Below the pieces are notes generated by a model. That model was given only the letters and a program-made list of their open reading frames with translations. It was not told where the DNA came from and made no database searches. DNA of 64,000 nt from Bacteroidia bacterium (GTDB taxonomy: Bacteria; Bacteroidota; Bacteroidia; UBA8524), in assembly GCA_037968475.1 (NCBI GenBank), contig JBBKVO010000024.1:68067-132066 (forward strand). Reading direction: 5' to 3'. Made by a program: the position numbers and the translations under genes. Each line of letters opens with the position of its first letter. Position 1 is the stretch's first letter. Shown here piece by piece: positions 59,506 to 64,000 of this stretch.

Positions 59506-60987
59506 TTAATTTAGCATTAGTTTTAAAAATGCAAATTTACGGTCTTTAGCGGCAGGAAATAAAATTGTTGCTGCATCTAATTGTTGCCCTTCGCGCGGCA
59601 CAACGGCAATATTGCTGGTTTGGTTTTTAAACAACAGCTTACTGTTTAGTTCACCTTTGTTATTTAGCACATATTCTGTTATTTCAGAGTTACCACGGTC
59701 TTCATCATTATAAAAAATAGAGAGTTTATTTTTTTGCGGCACTACGTATATAGAACTGTAATACCCTAAATCTAGCGATGATGTTTGGCTTTTGTTTATG
59801 GTTTTACCCCATTCTATCTCGCCTTTTTTATTAATAAAAAGCAGGGCTACTTTACCAAAATTAAAAATATCGCGGCTACCCACTTGCATCATCCCGTTTA
59901 TTGAGAAGGTATAGGTTTGTGTGGTGGTATAAAACTCTTCGGCTATCAACACATAGCCACTATCGCTATGGGGAACCACTTTGCGTATAAACAAATCGCG
60001 TAGCTCTTCGCCTCGCTCGGCAGCATACTTGCCTATCATATCGCCTACAAAGGTTTGCGGATAGGGTATAAAGCTGTGGTATATAAGACTGTGGGTATTG
60101 GCATCAATAGCAAAATCTAAAATCCCTTTGCTAAAGCCTGTTTCTTGAAGCGAGTAAAAGCCTGATACTAATGCTCTGTGGCTTAGATTATCAATAGTAA
60201 GGTAAGGGCGACTTAGGTAGGTATCGCTATTGTTTAGGTAAAAATCTTTTAAGATATTATCAGCAACATTGTAGGCAAACAAATAGTAGCCGAAACGCTC
60301 ATAATTTTTCTTTTTCTTTTCCCCATCTTCTACCCTAAAAACAAAGTAGGCATTGCCATTATTGTCTACCTCCATATCAAGGCGAGAAAAGTTACCGTAC
60401 CTAAAGGGTAGTTCTACTTTTTTGCGACCAATTTCTTTCATCTCGGGTGCAGATAGAACGAGTATCTCTACTACCGTTTTTTTCTCGGCAGTAATTTCGG
60501 TGTGGAAACACAATACTTTACTTCTGTCGGTAGACTGACTCAGTATATAATCGCCCTCATCAGCATAATCTCTTTGTGGTGAGTTCATCAAAGTTTTTTC
60601 ACTCCCCTCTGGTTCCGCCTCAATATTATACTGCTGGTATATAAGATCTATATTATGTGTTTTACGATTATAGCTGCTTTTAAAAATGGCTAAGCTGTTA
60701 GGGTATACAAAAGCATTCTCAAGTACACTTCTTTTAAGCCCTGGTAATTGTTTGCTAAACAGTAAACCCATGTTTTCGCGAAACATTTGTATGTAAACCC
60801 TACGGGTGATATAGCGGCTTTTGCTGCGCAAAGCATAAATACCCTGCTGGTTTTGTCCTATAATGCGGGTATAGGCCGTGCGATTCCTAAACTTTTCAGA
60901 ATTAGACCATTGCACTTCTTGGGCTTTTATTTTTGCGGTAAGCAAAAGCAAGGCACACAAAAAAGCTATATGTAAAAGGTGTTTCAC
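59506..60987 (-). CDS. Hypothetical secreted protein
   Basis: 493 aa with a signal peptide. Tightly spaced with the two upstream genes. Confidence 0.35.
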   Translation of the reverse strand: MKHLLHIAFLCALLLLTAKIKAQEVQWSNSEKFRNRTAYTRIIGQNQQGIYALRSKSRYITRRVYIQMFRENMGLLFSKQLPGLKRSVLENAFVYPNSLAIFKSSYNRKTHNIDLIYQQYNIEAEPEGSEKTLMNSPQRDYADEGDYILSQSTDRSKVLCFHTEITAEKKTVVEILVLSAPEMKEIGRKKVELPFRYGNFSRLDMEVDNNGNAYFVFRVEDGEKKKKNYERFGYYLFAYNVADNILKDFYLNNSDTYLSRPYLTIDNLSHRALVSGFYSLQETGFSKGILDFAIDANTHSLIYHSFIPYPQTFVGDMIGKYAAERGEELRDLFIRKVVPHSDSGYVLIAEEFYTTTQTYTFSINGMMQVGSRDIFNFGKVALLFINKKGEIEWGKTINKSQTSSLDLGYYSSIYVVPQKNKLSIFYNDEDRGNSEITEYVLNNKGELNSKLLFKNQTSNIAVVPREGQQLDAATILFPAAKDRKFAFLKLMLN

Positions 60988-61045
60988 TATGTATTAGTAA
61001 CTATATAACGATAGTTTTAGTGTACAAGTTTGCAAGATAACTAAT

Positions 61046-62074
61046 TTAATAACGCCATTTGTTGGCTAGTGCTACCAGTGATAGCATAATAGGCACTTCG
61101 GTTAGCACACCCACAACGGTGGTTAGGGCTGCACCCGAGTTAATACCAAATAATGAAATGGCTACTGCTACTGCAAGTTCAAAAAAATTACTTGCTCCTA
61201 TCATAGCCGATGGAGCACATATTTGGTGGGGTAATTTTAGCCACCTGCCCGTAAACCACGATAAGAAAAATATAAAATACGTTTGCAAAGTAAGCGGTAT
61301 GGCAATAAGTACTATTAGCCAAGGTTTGTTTAGTATCACTTGTCCTTGTAGCGCAAACAATACTATAAGCGTTAGCAATAATGCTATTATAGAAAATGGT
61401 TTTAACGAGGGTAGGAAGCGTTGTTTAAACCATTGCTCGCCTTTTTTTTGCAACAATATTTTGTTGGATAGCCAGCCTGCCAATAAGGGTACCAATACAA
61501 ACAAGGTTACTGAAATAAACAGGGTGTTATAGGGGACTAATACATTTGTAATGCCTAGCAAAAGGCCTACTATGGGCACAAAAGCAAATAGAATAATAAT
61601 ATCGTTTACAGAAACTTGTATAAGTGTGTATAAGGCATTGCCTTTGCTTAGGTACGACCATACAAATACCATAGCAGTGCATGGAGCAGCACCTAATAAT
61701 ATTGCCCCTGCTATGTACTCGTTGGCCTCTTCGGGGTGTAACTGTGCCTGAAATATTTTGCTGAAAAACAACCAAGCAAAAAATGCCATGCTAAACGGTT
61801 TTATCAACCAGTTTACTACAAGGGTTAGCAGTAAACCTTTAGGGTGTTGTTTTATGGCTTTTATGCTGCTAAAATCTATTTGCACCATCATGGGGTATAT
61901 CATACCCCAAACCAAAATAGCTATTATTAGGTTGATGCCTGCAAACTCGAAACTACCAATTTGGGCAAAGAGCTCAGGCAATAGTTTGCCCAGTATAATA
62001 CCCAAACCAATACATAGCAACACCCAAAGGCTAAGATAACGTTCAAAAAAGCCTAGTGGGTGTTTATCGCCCAT
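61046..62074 (-). CDS. arsB: Arsenite efflux transporter, ACR3 family
   Basis: 342 aa. BASS-fold transporter with the ACR3 signature LLGAAPCTAMVFVWSYL. Confidence 0.75.
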   Translation of the reverse strand: MGDKHPLGFFERYLSLWVLLCIGLGIILGKLLPELFAQIGSFEFAGINLIIAILVWGMIYPMMVQIDFSSIKAIKQHPKGLLLTLVVNWLIKPFSMAFFAWLFFSKIFQAQLHPEEANEYIAGAILLGAAPCTAMVFVWSYLSKGNALYTLIQVSVNDIIILFAFVPIVGLLLGITNVLVPYNTLFISVTLFVLVPLLAGWLSNKILLQKKGEQWFKQRFLPSLKPFSIIALLLTLIVLFALQGQVILNKPWLIVLIAIPLTLQTYFIFFLSWFTGRWLKLPHQICAPSAMIGASNFFELAVAVAISLFGINSGAALTTVVGVLTEVPIMLSLVALANKWRY

Positions 62075-62078
62075 ACAA

Positions 62079-62774
62079 TTACTTTATGGTTGAGTATACA
62101 TAAAAAACCTCGCGGGCTATTTGGCGGCATCGCTCATCGTAGGTTTTTGTTTCTTGTGGTGTTCCGTCGGTTTGTTTAGGGTCGGGGTATGGGATAAGAA
62201 AACGTTCGTCCGCTCCGTTTACCAAAGGGCAGGCCTCGTCGCCATCGCCACACACCATTATCGCTGCAAAATTTTTACGGGGATTAAACAAATCATCGTA
62301 ACGTTTAGAGTATACGATACAGCCTTCCAAATCTTCGCCCGCTTTTATACTGTATTGTGGGTTAAAACCGTCTTTTTCTTTCTCAACCAGTAAACCGGTT
62401 CTTTGCATAGCGCTAACTGTGCGCGGGTTACAGGCTGTTACCTCTACTCCGCCTGAGTATATTTGTATTCCTTCTATACCATAGTATAAGCCTGCCATAG
62501 TTGCCCACGCTTGTCCAAAATGACTACGGCGAGAGTTGTGCACACAAATAAATGTAAGGTTGCAAGTTTCACCTGCCTGTTTTTTTGCAGTGATGTATTG
62601 CGCTATTGAGTCTAACGTTTTTTTACGCTCGGCACTTATCAAATCAAACTCTTCGGCAACGCTATCGCAATAGTCTTGCAGGGTAGGAGTAAAACCCGTT
62701 GTTGTTTTGTTTTGCATGGAAAAAAGAAGCACTAGTGTGAGAACAAGAAATATGGATAAAATGAAACTTCTCAT
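62079..62774 (-). CDS. arsC: Low-molecular-weight phosphotyrosine-phosphatase-family protein (ArsC-type arsenate reductase-like) with a 76-aa N-terminal signal/TM extension
   Basis: CX5R P-loop CVHNSRRS. 231 aa versus ~140 for canonical ArsC. Confidence 0.5.
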   Translation of the reverse strand: MRSFILSIFLVLTLVLLFSMQNKTTTGFTPTLQDYCDSVAEEFDLISAERKKTLDSIAQYITAKKQAGETCNLTFICVHNSRRSHFGQAWATMAGLYYGIEGIQIYSGGVEVTACNPRTVSAMQRTGLLVEKEKDGFNPQYSIKAGEDLEGCIVYSKRYDDLFNPRKNFAAIMVCGDGDEACPLVNGADERFLIPYPDPKQTDGTPQETKTYDERCRQIAREVFYVYSTIK

Positions 62775-63262
62775 ACTTTCAAATCGCTCAAATTTACCCT
62801 TTTCTTTTCATTTGTTGGTGGCATACAACAAGCAGCGGCTTCTTTTTCGTTACTTTCGGTATAATGTGGGTCGTTAAAATCACTATCGGCATGAAAATAA
62901 TATACTTCCCATTGCACGCCATCGGGGTCGGTAGCCCAAAATTTATCTTGCAAGGCATAGCAGCAATTTGTGCCCATTTCTTCTTTAACTAATATGCCTT
63001 TTGTTTTTAGGGTAAGCATTTTTAGCATCACATCATCTTTGCTGGCCACTTCAAAACCCAAGTGCCCAAAATTTTGCTGCACTCGTTCTTTATTTTCAAC
63101 AAAAGAAATTATTAGCGACGGGCTCTCTAAAATATACTTTGCGTAGTTTACTTTGGTTTTTGTGGCAGCTTGCCCAAAAAAGGTGTCGTAAAATTTAATG
63201 GTAGCCTCAATATTGCTTACATAAAGGCTAATGTGCATACGTGGAAAGGGTGATGTGTTCAT
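62771..63262 (-). CDS. arsI: ArsI/CadI-type VOC (glyoxalase-fold) C-As lyase
   Basis: Glyoxalase fold with the vicinal Cys pair (GTNCCYALQDKFW) characteristic of ArsI. Start chosen at MNTSPF (63262). The track ORF extends to 63289, and MHISLYV (63238) is an alternative start. Confidence 0.6.
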   Translation of the reverse strand: MNTSPFPRMHISLYVSNIEATIKFYDTFFGQAATKTKVNYAKYILESPSLIISFVENKERVQQNFGHLGFEVASKDDVMLKMLTLKTKGILVKEEMGTNCCYALQDKFWATDPDGVQWEVYYFHADSDFNDPHYTESNEKEAAACCMPPTNEKKRVNLSDLKV

Positions 63263-63279
63263 TTTTTTTATTTTAAACG

Positions 63280-63612
63280 TTAACAACAAGTATCAGCAGG
63301 AGGTACATAACTAGCAAATAAAGCTGCCCATTGGGTGCTTATTTCTGTCCAAGCAACAGGATTGATGCAGTAGCACACTTTTGTACCCTCAATTTCACCT
63401 TGTATAAGTCCTGATGCTTTAAGCTCTTTTAAGTGTTGTGATATGGTGGCTTGTGCCAGTGGCAATACATCTACCAAATCGTTACAAATGCAGCTTTTGG
63501 TTTGCAGCAAATGCTGTATTATGGCTATACGGGCAGGGTGCGCCAGTGCTTTTGCCCAAGCTGCCATTTGGTTTTGTTGTGGACTAAAATTTTGTGTTTT
63601 TGTAACTCCCAT
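63280..63612 (-). CDS. arsR: ArsR/SmtB family metalloregulator
   Basis: HTH region HPARIAIIQHLL ... ATISQHLKELK and metal-binding cysteines (CIC, CYC). The start may instead be MAAWAK (63567). Confidence 0.7.
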   Translation of the reverse strand: MGVTKTQNFSPQQNQMAAWAKALAHPARIAIIQHLLQTKSCICNDLVDVLPLAQATISQHLKELKASGLIQGEIEGTKVCYCINPVAWTEISTQWAALFASYVPPADTCC

Positions 63613-63614
63613 CG

Positions 63615-63636
63615 TTATATCGCAATATTACGATAA
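63615..63636. promoter_or_regulatory. Imperfect inverted repeat ttatatcgcaat|attacgataa upstream of arsR, a candidate ArsR operator
   Basis: 10/11-bp half-sites seen in the sequence, located at the operon 5' end. Confidence 0.3.
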
Positions 63637-63676
63637 ATAGTTGATAATACAATGATTTTAATGTTAGGAGGATTTT

Positions 63677-63979
63677 TTAATCGTGCTTTGAAAAGAGAAG
63701 GATAGCAAAGAATTTTAGAAGATAATAGGGCAAAAGCAGGTATAAAAACACTACAACTACTGCAAAAAGGGGAGGGAATAAAAAGCTGGCCAATGTTAAT
63801 GGGCCTAGAAGCAAACCCATTGCCAAAAGGTTGTGAAAAATATTTTTTAAGCGAACATTGCGGGGCATATTTTTAAAATCGCCAAGATAATACTCGTTTT
63901 TACCATACCTAACTGATGAATTGGCTGCTTTTTTTATATACTTTTTAAAAAGTCGAGCAAAAAGCCAACCGAGTAGCAA
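63677..63979 (-). CDS. Hypothetical small membrane protein at the window edge
   Basis: 100-aa ORF with two hydrophobic segments. Confidence 0.25.
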   Translation of the reverse strand: MLLGWLFARLFKKYIKKAANSSVRYGKNEYYLGDFKNMPRNVRLKNIFHNLLAMGLLLGPLTLASFLFPPLFAVVVVFLYLLLPYYLLKFFAILLFSKHD

Positions 63980-64000
63980 GCCAATTATTGACCAAATACC

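Overview
The window looks like a Bacteroidetes chromosome segment of about 40% GC with no Shine-Dalgarno sites and TAnnTTTG -7 promoter boxes. It is densely coding, roughly 65 CDS.

What the window contains:
- It opens inside a giant surface-protein gene (over 2145 aa, 5' truncated by the window edge) that I interpret as the T9SS/gliding translocon gene sprA.
- Housekeeping genes follow: dedA, aroE, icd, dcd and polA.
- A System-I cytochrome c maturation operon (ccmC-D-E-F) has a CcmE that carries a Cys-xxx-Tyr motif instead of His-xxx-Tyr.
- Two paralogous YD-repeat-like secreted proteins carry T9SS C-terminal sorting domains.
- An arsR-arsI-arsC-acr3 arsenic/organoarsenical resistance operon lies at the right end.

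Three regions deserve the closest look:
1. A 12 kb cluster (39.0-51.4 kb) of polytopic membrane proteins next to a DPM1-like GT2 polyprenyl-phosphate-sugar synthase. It holds two tandem DUF2079-like paralogs, a Cys-rich 464-aa membrane protein, an ArnT/PMT-like GT-C protein, a DUF2029/GT87-like protein and secreted/MORN/CBM9 partners. This is consistent with a periplasmic lipid-linked glycosylation system. I regard it as the best candidate for an undescribed system in the window.
2. A 1.5 kb non-coding island (11.6-13.1 kb). It contains three partial copies of the 3' end of an AlbA_2/Schlafen-like gene, a tRNA-like element bracketed by terminators on opposite strands, ATTTAAATA direct repeats, a perfect A10/T10 palindrome and a GC-rich hairpin block. 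It reads like the scar of repeated site-specific integration and decay.
3. A genome-wide hairpin repeat family with core TGTCATCCTGAGCGRAGTCGAAGGA, present in at least 7 copies. It forms MITE-like inverted pairs, and one pair brackets a small GIY-YIG endonuclease gene.

Also notable: a 226-bp tandem duplication fuses the 3' end of a phosphopantetheinyl transferase gene to the signal-peptide start of divergent low-GC lipoprotein cassettes.

All calls come from reading the sequence and the supplied ORF track. No database search was possible, so family names are pattern-based and carry the stated confidences.
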